The position numbers and the translations under genes were made by a program. Positions 9,189-17,290 of a stretch of 64,000 bases of DNA are shown one piece after another. The notes beneath the pieces are model-generated. The model saw only the letters and a list, made by a program, of their open reading frames with translations. It was not told the DNA's origin and made no database searches. The stretch is taken from IMG/VR virus record IMGVR_UViG_3300037499_000265, positions 32,001-96,000 of that record. One strand, written 5' to 3'. Numbering within the stretch: position 1 is the first letter of the stretch; each line of letters opens with the position of its first letter. Source of the stretch: a virus.

Positions 9189-9201
9189 GCGGGAGTCTGC
9201 A

Positions 9202-9423
9202 GTGAAACCGATCGATGTGCTGGCCGAGGCGATGGGAGTGCTCGAGGAGTGGATCGGTGACTACACCACCCCGGACGAGAATGGCATCCAACATCGGATT
9301 CGCTTGATCGATTCGGATGACTCGTCGATCCTGGTCAGTGTCGAACCGGCCACGGTCCTACGGGATCCGGACGAGACCGAACGGTTCCGGATCCACCTGC
9401 GTGTCGTGAAGGGGGAGTTCTAG
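9202..9423 (+). CDS. Hypothetical protein
   Basis: GGGAG RBS. Confidence 0.55.
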   Translation: MKPIDVLAEAMGVLEEWIGDYTTPDENGIQHRIRLIDSDDSSILVSVEPATVLRDPDETERFRIHLRVVKGEF

Positions 9424-9726
9424 TTGACCAAACCCAAGTCCAAACTGCGGACCAGTGACATCGATCTTATGAGCGATCGTCACTTCCGGCCCGATGACAA
9501 CAAAGGGGTCGTCGGCAAGAATATCGATGGCGTCGGCTCTCAGATGATCACGACCGAGACGAACTCTGAAAGCATCTTCTCCGCTCGAGTGACCGTCCAG
9601 AGAAACATGATCGATGTGGCCGACGGCAAAATGCTGACCAAGCTGCTCGGGTTGGACTGGGCGACGGTGGGCGATGGGCCGACGGAGCAACCAATAAAGT
9701 CAGCTGAAACGGCTGGCGATGAATAA
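9424..9726 (+). CDS. Hypothetical protein
   Basis: Abuts the upstream stop and overlaps the whiB start. Confidence 0.5.
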   Translation: MTKPKSKLRTSDIDLMSDRHFRPDDNKGVVGKNIDGVGSQMITTETNSESIFSARVTVQRNMIDVADGKMLTKLLGLDWATVGDGPTEQPIKSAETAGDE

Positions 9727-10030
9727 GGACTGGCGTAGCGAGGCAGCTTGCCGGAACGAGGATCCGGAGAGCTTCTTCATCCTAGAACACAACGCCGCAG
9801 CCAACCTGCGCCGAGCCGAACGCATGGCCATCTGCTGGCGTTGTCCGGTCAGGCAGTGGTGCCTGCTCACCGCGATCCGACGCAGAGATCGGTGGGGCGT
9901 GTTCGGGGGCTACGACATGGAAGTCTTGAATAACCATTCCGACAAGCGGGATGCCGCCAAATCCGAGGCGACAGTCGAACTGTGGTTCGCCGGCGTCAGT
10001 CTCGATGAGGTCGAAAGCGTACTATCGTGA
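9719..10030 (+). CDS. whiB: WhiB family Fe-S transcription factor
   Basis: W...AAC...DPE.FF, C..CPVR..C and GVFGG turn. Confidence 0.92.
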   Translation: MNKDWRSEAACRNEDPESFFILEHNAAANLRRAERMAICWRCPVRQWCLLTAIRRRDRWGVFGGYDMEVLNNHSDKRDAAKSEATVELWFAGVSLDEVESVLS

Positions 10031-10269
10031 AGTTCCAGGTGCGGACTCTAGGTGACACGTTCGTGGTGCTCTGGTCCGAGGATGGGCTCGGACGAAAGGT
10101 CTCGGCGAAGCGGGGCCGACACGGCGCCACCTACGCCCGTGAGGTGGCTGCTGGCGACTGGCGATACGCCGAACTCCGCAAGATCAGGCGGGTCGTGTTC
10201 ACCGACGTCCGTCAGCTGTCATCGCTCGTGATGAGGATGATGCGGGACGACACACTGCCCAAAGTATGA
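10027..10269 (+). CDS. Hypothetical protein
   Basis: GTGA overlap with whiB stop. Confidence 0.55.
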   Translation: MKFQVRTLGDTFVVLWSEDGLGRKVSAKRGRHGATYAREVAAGDWRYAELRKIRRVVFTDVRQLSSLVMRMMRDDTLPKV

Positions 10270-10275
10270 TACTGT
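10247..10275 (+). promoter_or_regulatory. Promoter (extended -10)
   Basis: ACGACA-17 nt-TACTGT preceded by TG. Confidence 0.5.
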
Positions 10276-10312
10276 CGCTTCGACACCTGATACAGACAAC
10301 AAGGAGGTACCT

Positions 10313-10825
10313 ATGCGCGACTACACCGTACGTGACGGCGACAGAGCGCTGACGTTCTTCGGCATCGAGCTGGCATTCTCGTCGTCCGCCGGCTCTCGCG
10401 GCGGGCGGTCCAGGCCGATCGATGACCTGCGCTGGACCGAGATGACGGTTTATCGAACCATCGACGACCGATACGTCCTGGAGATGATCGGGCGGTCCGA
10501 TGTCTACCACCGTGCTGCTGGCGCCGGCGGTTGCCTCTACGGCACGCCCAGCCTCGTCAGGTTTCTGGACTCCGACCGTCGGCCATGCACAACCTGCAAG
10601 CCCCCGGCGGCCAAGGACCTCGATCCTGACGAGAACATCTCCGTCGAGCTGGACCGCTACACCACGCGAACGGTGGACACGGCCGCAGACTTGGTGGCGG
10701 CCTGCCACTCCGCCGACAACCGTGGGTATCGCTACCTCACCGACGTCGCTCGCAACGTGTTGAACGACGCAACAGTCAAGGATGCCGCCCTCTCGACGGC
10801 CTACTTCACCGAGAAGATCGCCTGA
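10313..10825 (+). CDS. Conserved actinophage-type hypothetical protein
   Basis: AAGGAGG RBS; RWTE..VY.T....YV...GRS..YH and C..C. Confidence 0.7.
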   Translation: MRDYTVRDGDRALTFFGIELAFSSSAGSRGGRSRPIDDLRWTEMTVYRTIDDRYVLEMIGRSDVYHRAAGAGGCLYGTPSLVRFLDSDRRPCTTCKPPAAKDLDPDENISVELDRYTTRTVDTAADLVAACHSADNRGYRYLTDVARNVLNDATVKDAALSTAYFTEKIA

Positions 10826-11193
10826 TGGCCAAAGTCATCAGAAACGACGATGGGGAAGAGTTCATCCAAGTCACCGACGAGGACATCGAGAACTCCCCAG
10901 CGCTGGTCTCTTTCACAGTCCGGGTGCCATGGATCGAGCTGACCGAGATCGGGTTCCAACGTTCGGTCTCGGCTCAGGATGTGGTCAGGGCATTGCAGGA
11001 GAACTGGTCTGATCCAGCGGCCGCCCTCGCTGCCATGAACCTGCTCGACGATGCGACCCTCGAAGTTCGAATCGCCCGACAGGTAGCCATCGGGGCGAAC
11101 ATGACCGTGGAAATCCGGCCCAACAATCATGCCACTTGGCCCCCGGCGGTCAGCGACGAGCCGAGAGACGACTCTCGAGGTGCGGGCTCATGA
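10825..11193 (+). CDS. Hypothetical protein
   Basis: TGATG coupling to the upstream gene. Confidence 0.55.
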   Translation: MAKVIRNDDGEEFIQVTDEDIENSPALVSFTVRVPWIELTEIGFQRSVSAQDVVRALQENWSDPAAALAAMNLLDDATLEVRIARQVAIGANMTVEIRPNNHATWPPAVSDEPRDDSRGAGS

Positions 11194-11867
11194 GGTATGA
11201 GACCCGCCGGGTCGAGATGAGTCCGGTCCAGGAGGAGGCCTATCGTGCGGCATGCTCCTCGCTACTGCGTGAGAAAGTTGATCTATTCGCACCCGGCGGT
11301 GTCGCCAGTCTGACCGTACTGTCGTTGCTCGCCGCGGGCAGGGGTGAGGCGAGTGATGGAAGCGATGTGGCGATCAAGGAGTTCGGAGCGTCGCCGTCGG
11401 CAAAGACGACCGCGATCTACCAGGTGATCAACGAGTGGGACGGGCGTCCGATGGCGGTCTTCACCATCTCGCAGCAGGTCTTGATGACGTTGGAGCGAGT
11501 CTTTCGGAATCGGAAGTTGCGGAACCGGGTCGCCTATGTCTCCGCCGAACATCGCCTCGAGCACCGAACGCGCGCGCTGCAAACGTTCTCCCGCGCTGAG
11601 CGACCGATCCTGCTGACCTCTACGAAGACCATCGGTATCGGAGTCGATCTGAGCCGGGCCGAGACTGCGGTGTTCCTGCAGCCGACGTGGTCGCTGGGTG
11701 AGAGCCGATGGGTCGAGTCCAAACTGTCACCGGACTGCACGGTCATCACCTACGTGACGACCGGGACCGTCGAAGTCCACCAGCACCTCGGTGTCAGCCG
11801 CCTGCGCGAGATCGTGACACGGAAGAACCTCAAGGACTTCCTGTACGGCCGAGAGTTGAAGGAGTGA
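11190..11867 (+). CDS. Stand-alone, degenerate SNF2-like helicase C-terminal (RecA2) domain
   Basis: V.MS..QEEAY, S.KT..I, MAVFT, F......ILLTS..IGIGVDLSRA..AVF.Q..W and V.TYVT.GTVE; no Walker A/B. Confidence 0.65.
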   Translation: MRYETRRVEMSPVQEEAYRAACSSLLREKVDLFAPGGVASLTVLSLLAAGRGEASDGSDVAIKEFGASPSAKTTAIYQVINEWDGRPMAVFTISQQVLMTLERVFRNRKLRNRVAYVSAEHRLEHRTRALQTFSRAERPILLTSTKTIGIGVDLSRAETAVFLQPTWSLGESRWVESKLSPDCTVITYVTTGTVEVHQHLGVSRLREIVTRKNLKDFLYGRELKE

Positions 11868-12391
11868 TCACGTTGCCGAGAAAGAAGGCTATCACCGCAG
11901 TCCCTATCAAATCTGTGAAAAAGGTGGCGAAAACCACTGAGGTCGTCGTGCCGAAGGTGATCGAGGATGAGGATCCGATCTTGGCGGCACGTTCCATCCT
12001 GTCCGCCAGAGGCCTCTACGGGATCCAAGACGCCATCACGTACCTCGAGGGCTTCGTGTGGCGCCATCCCGATATCGATCCCTTCGTCGACCGCAGCACC
12101 GAACGAGCAGCGATGTCGAGCTACCAGACATGGCTGTCGACAGACAACGGCCAGCAGGACGAGGTCTTTCTCGACACTCACTGGCAACGCTGGGGCGTGC
12201 TCGAGCGCAAGGCCGTGTGGCTGCGGCGATGGCTCAACATCGTCGATGGCGAAGCCGAGCCGCCGACTCATGAGCCGAGAGACGAGCCGCGGACCTATGA
12301 AGAGGCCTTCGCGCAGGCTCGTAAAGAGGGCTGGCTGCCGCCGGCCGACCAAGTGGAAGAAGCGAGGCAGGCACTTGAACAGCAACTCTGA
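11864..12391 (+). CDS. Hypothetical protein
   Basis: GAAGGAG RBS; GTGA overlap. Confidence 0.6.
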   Translation: MITLPRKKAITAVPIKSVKKVAKTTEVVVPKVIEDEDPILAARSILSARGLYGIQDAITYLEGFVWRHPDIDPFVDRSTERAAMSSYQTWLSTDNGQQDEVFLDTHWQRWGVLERKAVWLRRWLNIVDGEAEPPTHEPRDEPRTYEEAFAQARKEGWLPPADQVEEARQALEQQL

Positions 12392-12572
12392 AATCATCAT
12401 CGTCGTCCGCCGGGGCGACCGGAAGATCGAGTTCAAGCAGACCATCGAGGACGAGGAACTCCCCTCGTTCAAGAGCATCGCCAACGAGGTCGCAGACCTT
12501 GCCGTATCGGTTCGCAAGCACCTCGAGTCAGCCGATCCCACCGACTCTTCCATTCCTCCGCCGCCGTTCTGA
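12375..12572 (+). CDS. Hypothetical protein
   Basis: TTG start; TGATG coupling to the next gene. Confidence 0.45.
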   Translation: MNSNSEIIIVVRRGDRKIEFKQTIEDEELPSFKSIANEVADLAVSVRKHLESADPTDSSIPPPPF

Positions 12573-13066
12573 TGCGAGTCGTCACAGGCCGCGAGTACTC
12601 CGGTCCGGCAGGCCGCGCTACCGAGATCCTTCGTCAAGGCGAGCCTGACCGGCCGGATTGGGTCGCGACGGTGTCGTGCTGGTTCCTCGAGTGCCCCGGC
12701 CAGTCACCGGCATGGTCCCACTACGTCATGTGGGTCATCCACCTGCGGGATCTCGACGATGTTCCGCCGGCGCATATCGAGATCCCAGGGGCCACTCACG
12801 AGCTGGTTGTGGCCGCGCTGGATCCTGACTACAACCCGAAGGCGCTGAGGCTGTCCCCCTGGCGATTCCTGCGCCCGCTGAACGTCCAGGAGCAGGTCCA
12901 GCTACCGAACGACGAAACGGCCCGGAAGCTGGCCAGTATCGCCGTTCAGGCCGTTGTGAACGGAACCCTTCCGGCAGAGCCGGCTCTGTCCGGCGCGGTC
13001 GAGCCGTGGCGAACGTCGCTGATCAGGACGTCGGCCCATCTACGCGGCGAAGAACACGCATCGTGA
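12572..13066 (+). CDS. Conserved hypothetical protein
   Basis: Globular-looking 164-aa ORF coupled within the operon. Confidence 0.65.
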   Translation: MRVVTGREYSGPAGRATEILRQGEPDRPDWVATVSCWFLECPGQSPAWSHYVMWVIHLRDLDDVPPAHIEIPGATHELVVAALDPDYNPKALRLSPWRFLRPLNVQEQVQLPNDETARKLASIAVQAVVNGTLPAEPALSGAVEPWRTSLIRTSAHLRGEEHAS

Positions 13067-13317
13067 AGATCTCCTACCAGGTCGGACTCGCCTTCGACGA
13101 AGCTGACGATGTCGAGGCTCGTACGGGATACGAGGAGCTGGCCAACCTGTCGGACTACACCGCCGAGAAACACGAGCTGTTCGCTTACCTGCTGATGATG
13201 GCCGTGCGGCTCGAGTGGCGGATGGCAGACCGGTCCAGGGAGTACGAACTGGACCGTCAGCGACGCGAGGAACGCCGACGGGAACGAGCTGAGAAAAAGG
13301 CTGCCGAAAGTACTTGA
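13063..13317 (+). CDS. Hypothetical protein with charged C-terminus
   Basis: GTGA overlap with upstream stop. Confidence 0.5.
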   Translation: MKISYQVGLAFDEADDVEARTGYEELANLSDYTAEKHELFAYLLMMAVRLEWRMADRSREYELDRQRREERRRERAEKKAAEST

Positions 13318-13342
13318 CACGATCGTCAGACCCCGATAGTCT
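13314..13342 (+). promoter_or_regulatory. Near-consensus promoter driving the non-coding array
   Basis: TTGACA-17 nt-TAGTCT. Confidence 0.7.
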
Positions 13343-13353
13343 CGTAGGAGTAG

Positions 13354-13910
13354 GTCGGGTGGGGGTCAAGCCGCTTCGGTCCGGATGACTACAACTCTCC
13401 GGTCGTCGTGGTCCCCGCCCATCCGACGAAGGAGCCGACGAGCTGAAACACACTTGCCAGACCGCCAGCGAGGCGAGAAGGTGGGTAGACAACTCCACAG
13501 CGTGGCACAGGAGGTTCCTCCATCATCAAGCTCCGTCAGGGGCTTTCCGCAGATTTACCTCCCGCCACGTCTTCAACAACTTCATAGATGTGCTGCGCCG
13601 GGTAGGCACGGCTGGACGGTTGGCCGGAAAGCTTCAGCGACCTAGTCGCTCGAGGTGAGTAGGTGGGACCCGGTGCAGTGCTTGACAACTGAACAGCGGT
13701 GGCACAGGAGGTTCCTCCATCAACGCTCCTCTCGAGGAGCTCGAACAGACTACCTCCCGCCACCTCTGACAACTTCATAATGTGGCATAGGGGGTTCCTC
13801 CACAAACCACCATGTAGGTATCCATACCTCCCGCCACACTGACAACTTCATAACGTGGCACAGGGAGTTCCTCCACATCCGCATTTGGTTGCATATATAC
13901 TCCCCGCCAC
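13354..13910 (+). ncRNA. Putative multi-module structured ncRNA array (four repeated modules plus other closed stems)
   Basis: No credible ORF; bounded by promoter and terminator; repeated pairing arms with compensatory changes. Confidence 0.7.
13502..13910 (+). repeat. Four copies of GTGGCA(C/T)AGG(A/G)(G/A)GTTCCTCCA-variable-TAC(C/T)(T/C)CCCGCCAC at 13502-13568, 13699-13763, 13782-13837 and 13855-13910
   Basis: Read directly from the sequence. Confidence 0.95.
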
Positions 13911-13920
13911 GCCCGACGAT

Positions 13921-13958
13921 GGGCGCGGTTCTGTGCGACAGACCGCGCCCGTTTTTTA
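13921..13958 (+). terminator. Intrinsic terminator closing the array
   Basis: GGGCGCGGT..CTGT/ACAG..ACCGCGCCC stem followed by GTTTTTTAT. Confidence 0.8.
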
Positions 13959-13995
13959 TGTTTGATCATGTTAGACCGACGAGAAGGAGGCAACA

Positions 13996-15876
13996 ATGCG
14001 ATCCACTATCCGACTGTTCAAGGCGCTGCCGGTGTCCGGCACCGCGGGCGGTCTGCCGACAGATCCCGCGTTGGATCGGCTCACCCTGCGCCGTGGGTTC
14101 GTGTTCGACTCTAGTCTCGTCGGCGAGTACCGCAGTGTGGACCGTCTGATCTCCATGGTTGACGAGGTGTACGGCCGGGGCTCGGTCGAGCTGAACACCG
14201 CGTTCCACAAGTCCTTCGCCAAGGTCCGCGACGCCTCGATCCAGCAGCTGGTCTTCGAGCAGATCGTCCACTACTTCACCACCTACGGCGCAGAGCACTT
14301 CGGCGTGTACGACGAGAGTTCAGTCTTCGTTCCCGGTGAGCACCTCGACGCCCCGGAACTGTCCGAAGGCATTCGCGTCGTCGTCATCCGCGGGCTGACC
14401 AAGGCCGAACTCAAGACCGAGCTGCTGACGCTCGTCTCGTCCGGGATCGCCCTGGCCGAGGACACCATCGCCGACGTGCTCGACGTGGCCGCCTTCGTCG
14501 GCCTGGACGAGGCCGATCTGTCCGCCATCACCAACCGAGAGGTCCGGGCCGCGCTGTACGACCATCTCGGCATCATGCCGTCCGACCCGCAGGAGTTCCT
14601 GCGGTTCCTGGTGTACCGGGCGACCGGACAGACCCAGGTGGTCCAGAACGACTCCCTGCTCAACACTCTGCGCTCCCGGGACAACCTCGACCTGGTCCGG
14701 TACTTCCGGACGTATGAGGCTCAGACCGGCCTGCGCCGGCTCGGTGAGATCTTCCTACGGTACCGGCTGGTCTTCCTCGCCATGAAGACCAACACGGTCC
14801 TGCGCACCTACATCAACCGGATCCGTCGGGAGGCCAAGCGGTCCCACAAGCCGATGCCCGAAGACGTCCTGAACTCGGTCACGATGCACCTCAAGCGCGG
14901 CGATCTGGACTCCGGCGCGGTGTCCCAGGCGCTGGCGACCGCCAGTGTGTTCCGCAAGGCCCGGCTGGCCTACGCGCTGCGGTACCGGATGTCCGGAGCC
15001 GACGGGATCGTCTATCGGGTGCGCAACGGGCGCGCGTACGCCACCGACTTCAGCTTCCCGCTCGATATCGACGTCGAGACTGTTTTCGGCGAGGTCATCT
15101 CCTCGATCGCTGGCGACATCACGCCGAAGGTAGACGGGAAGAAGATCTTCATCCCGGCCGGACTGGCCTATGGCCTACCCTCGACCGAGAAGCAGTTCAT
15201 CGGGCACCTGCCGGCGGGGACGTCGGTGACGGTGCCGGACGGGCTAGTCGTCGGCGTGCACTGGGAAGACCAGGGCGATCACCGCATCAACCTCGACCTG
15301 TCGCTGTCCAACATCGCTGAGAAGATCGGATGGGACGGCTACTACCGGAGCAGCGGGGACGACGGAATCTACTTCTCCGGCGACCTCACCTACGCTCCGC
15401 CGCCGAATGGTGCCACCGAGGTGTTCCGCATCGGCGCCAGTGCGTACGGAACGTGGCTGCTGAACCTGAACTACTTCAACTACAACGAGGACATCGACGT
15501 CCCGTTCCGGATCCTGGCCGGACACGCCTCAGCCGTGGAGAAGAACCACGTCGTCGACCCGAACGCCCTCGTCGCGAACGCTCACGCGAGGATGGACGTG
15601 CACCAGCGGACACTCGGGATCGTCGTGTCGGGCTTCACCGAGCGACAGTTCTTCTTCGCCGGCGCCGACATCGGAGGTGGGATCACGTCCCGGCACACCC
15701 AGCGTGCCGACGTGGCGATGAAGTACTTCGAGACCTACTACGTCAACGCGATCCCACTGAACGACATCCTGGTCTCCGCCGGCGCCGAGCTGGTCGTTGA
15801 CGCTGCTGACTCGGACCTGGATCTGTCGCCGGAGGCCGTGGACAAGAACACGTTCCTCGAGCTGCTGACGACGTGA
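13996..15876 (+). CDS. 626-aa protein with helical N-terminal region and TerD-like C-terminal domain
   Basis: AAGGAGG RBS; VGVHW...NLDLS...IGWDG....FSGDLT.AP..GATE resembles TerD-family motifs. Confidence 0.7.
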   Translation: MRSTIRLFKALPVSGTAGGLPTDPALDRLTLRRGFVFDSSLVGEYRSVDRLISMVDEVYGRGSVELNTAFHKSFAKVRDASIQQLVFEQIVHYFTTYGAEHFGVYDESSVFVPGEHLDAPELSEGIRVVVIRGLTKAELKTELLTLVSSGIALAEDTIADVLDVAAFVGLDEADLSAITNREVRAALYDHLGIMPSDPQEFLRFLVYRATGQTQVVQNDSLLNTLRSRDNLDLVRYFRTYEAQTGLRRLGEIFLRYRLVFLAMKTNTVLRTYINRIRREAKRSHKPMPEDVLNSVTMHLKRGDLDSGAVSQALATASVFRKARLAYALRYRMSGADGIVYRVRNGRAYATDFSFPLDIDVETVFGEVISSIAGDITPKVDGKKIFIPAGLAYGLPSTEKQFIGHLPAGTSVTVPDGLVVGVHWEDQGDHRINLDLSLSNIAEKIGWDGYYRSSGDDGIYFSGDLTYAPPPNGATEVFRIGASAYGTWLLNLNYFNYNEDIDVPFRILAGHASAVEKNHVVDPNALVANAHARMDVHQRTLGIVVSGFTERQFFFAGADIGGGITSRHTQRADVAMKYFETYYVNAIPLNDILVSAGAELVVDAADSDLDLSPEAVDKNTFLELLTT

Positions 15877-16493
15877 GTCTTCCCCAGCCCCACGAGGGGA
15901 TCCGGGGGGTCGAGCGAGATGAAGCACTTCTCTCGCTCGACCCCTCGATGATCGGCGTCCGTGAGCTGGTCCGGATCCTCGCCATGCACGTGTACAGCGC
16001 GACACTGGTCGGCTACCCGGCCCCAAAGGTTCAACGCATGAACGACTGGATGCGCAACCCCCGGATAGGCGACCTCGTCGTCGAGGAGTCCACGTCCTAC
16101 TACCCGGTCGAACGCAAGCGGGACCGCTTCCCAGAACAGTGGCCGTTCACCCGGATGGGCTATCTGATCACCGTCCGGGAGGAGTGGGAACAGACCGACG
16201 AGCAGTGGCAGTCCGAACTCGCCGAACAACGCGAGTGGAACGCCAAGCACGGCTTCGACGGTCTCGACGAGGAACGCATGATCGAACCGAGAGCCTGGTA
16301 CATCCAATACGGACCGGACCCCGCCGACGTCGCCCGCTGGGAGGACTGCTCATTCATCGCCGTGCCCACCGAGATCCGCCAGTTCGACACTCTGACCGCC
16401 GCGGAGGACGGTCAGGTGACCATCACCCGGCAGAGCCTGGTCGACAACCTTGCCGACACAGGCTTCACGCTACGAAAAGACAACAGGAGTTGA
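15873..16493 (+). CDS. Hypothetical protein
   Basis: GTGA overlap with upstream stop; 206 aa. Confidence 0.65.
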   Translation: MSLPQPHEGIRGVERDEALLSLDPSMIGVRELVRILAMHVYSATLVGYPAPKVQRMNDWMRNPRIGDLVVEESTSYYPVERKRDRFPEQWPFTRMGYLITVREEWEQTDEQWQSELAEQREWNAKHGFDGLDEERMIEPRAWYIQYGPDPADVARWEDCSFIAVPTEIRQFDTLTAAEDGQVTITRQSLVDNLADTGFTLRKDNRS

Positions 16494-16498
16494 TCGTT

Positions 16499-16744
16499 AT
16501 GCCCGCACCGCACATGCCACCCGGCGAGTACACCCAGAAGGCCATCTACTGGGGCGAGAACCCTGATCAGAGCCCGTGGGACCGTGGGGAGCAGAGTGTT
16601 CACATGTTCCACGAACTGACAGGCGACGACCCGCGTCAGCAGGAGCGCCGGATAGTCAGCAGTGTCGCTGTGGATGGCGTCACGTCACGAGTCTTCCGCC
16701 GGAAGGTCACCGTTGGGCCGTGGGAGGAAGTACCTCAGGCGTGA
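16499..16744 (+). CDS. Hypothetical protein
   Basis: CAGGAG RBS. Confidence 0.55.
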   Translation: MPAPHMPPGEYTQKAIYWGENPDQSPWDRGEQSVHMFHELTGDDPRQQERRIVSSVAVDGVTSRVFRRKVTVGPWEEVPQA

Positions 16745-16995
16745 CCGTGTACGGACCTGGCATGCACCCCAACTGGATCTACAACTTGATCACCGCGATC
16801 GAGGAGTGGGAGGACATCCACTCTGGCGCTCACGACGAGTCGGTAGACCAAAGGATGGCCGCCTGCTTTGATGCCGAACTGAACAAGATCCCGCAGGAGG
16901 TTCGCAGGACGGCTCGGGCCATCGCCGAGTATCGTCGCAACCAATACAGAGAGGGCTCCAATGGCCAAGCTGCACGCGGTTTCGATAGCGGTTGA
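16741..16995 (+). CDS. Hypothetical protein
   Basis: GTGA overlap with upstream stop. Confidence 0.55.
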   Translation: MTVYGPGMHPNWIYNLITAIEEWEDIHSGAHDESVDQRMAACFDAELNKIPQEVRRTARAIAEYRRNQYREGSNGQAARGFDSG

Positions 16996-17200
16996 CTGCC
17001 TGGTCCCGGGGTGCGGCCAGGTGTTGCTGGATGTCCCGATACTGGACGAACTCGTTCGTAACGACAAAGGTGAAGTCGAGATCCGCCTCGAGCCAGACAT
17101 CAAGGCCGCTCTCGCCCAGTACCGGGCTCACCTGGCCGAGGTACACCCCGACGTGCCGGTCGACGACGACGCCTTCCCAGATGACGTCGGTAGCGACTAG
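16961..17200 (+). CDS. Hypothetical protein
   Basis: GAGAGGG RBS; last rightward gene. Confidence 0.55.
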   Translation: MAKLHAVSIAVDCLVPGCGQVLLDVPILDELVRNDKGEVEIRLEPDIKAALAQYRAHLAEVHPDVPVDDDAFPDDVGSD

Positions 17201-17233
17201 GGACTAAGGTAGCGGCGGTAGCGCCCCGCGGAC

Positions 17234-17278
17234 GAGAAGACCCCGGTGGCTCGCGGGGGGAGCCACCGGGGTCTTCTC
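17234..17278. terminator. Bidirectional terminator between convergent early and late arms
   Basis: Perfect inverted repeat GAGAAGACCCCGGTGGCTC / GAGCCACCGGGGTCTTCTC. Confidence 0.85.
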
Positions 17279-17290
17279 ACGGAAAGAGAC

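Noticed and set aside
13502-13910. CRISPR array interpretation of the repeats
   Set aside because: The conserved arms pair across the variable segment, spacing is irregular, an unrelated domain is interleaved, the variable parts form their own hairpins, and no cas genes are present
13502-13910. TIGR array or YrlA-type tRNA-like Y RNA
   Set aside because: No consistent box C/D motifs with paired 9-nt spacers and no Nop-domain gene; no T-arm (GGTTCGAATCC) or D-arm in the modules and no recognisable TROVE gene
725-16490. GACAAC just upstream of several RBSs (731, 8246, 10295, 16479) as the same signal as the array linkers
   Set aside because: The hexamer is common in this genome (Asp-Asn codons) and partly overlaps -35-like boxes; enrichment cannot be shown without counting
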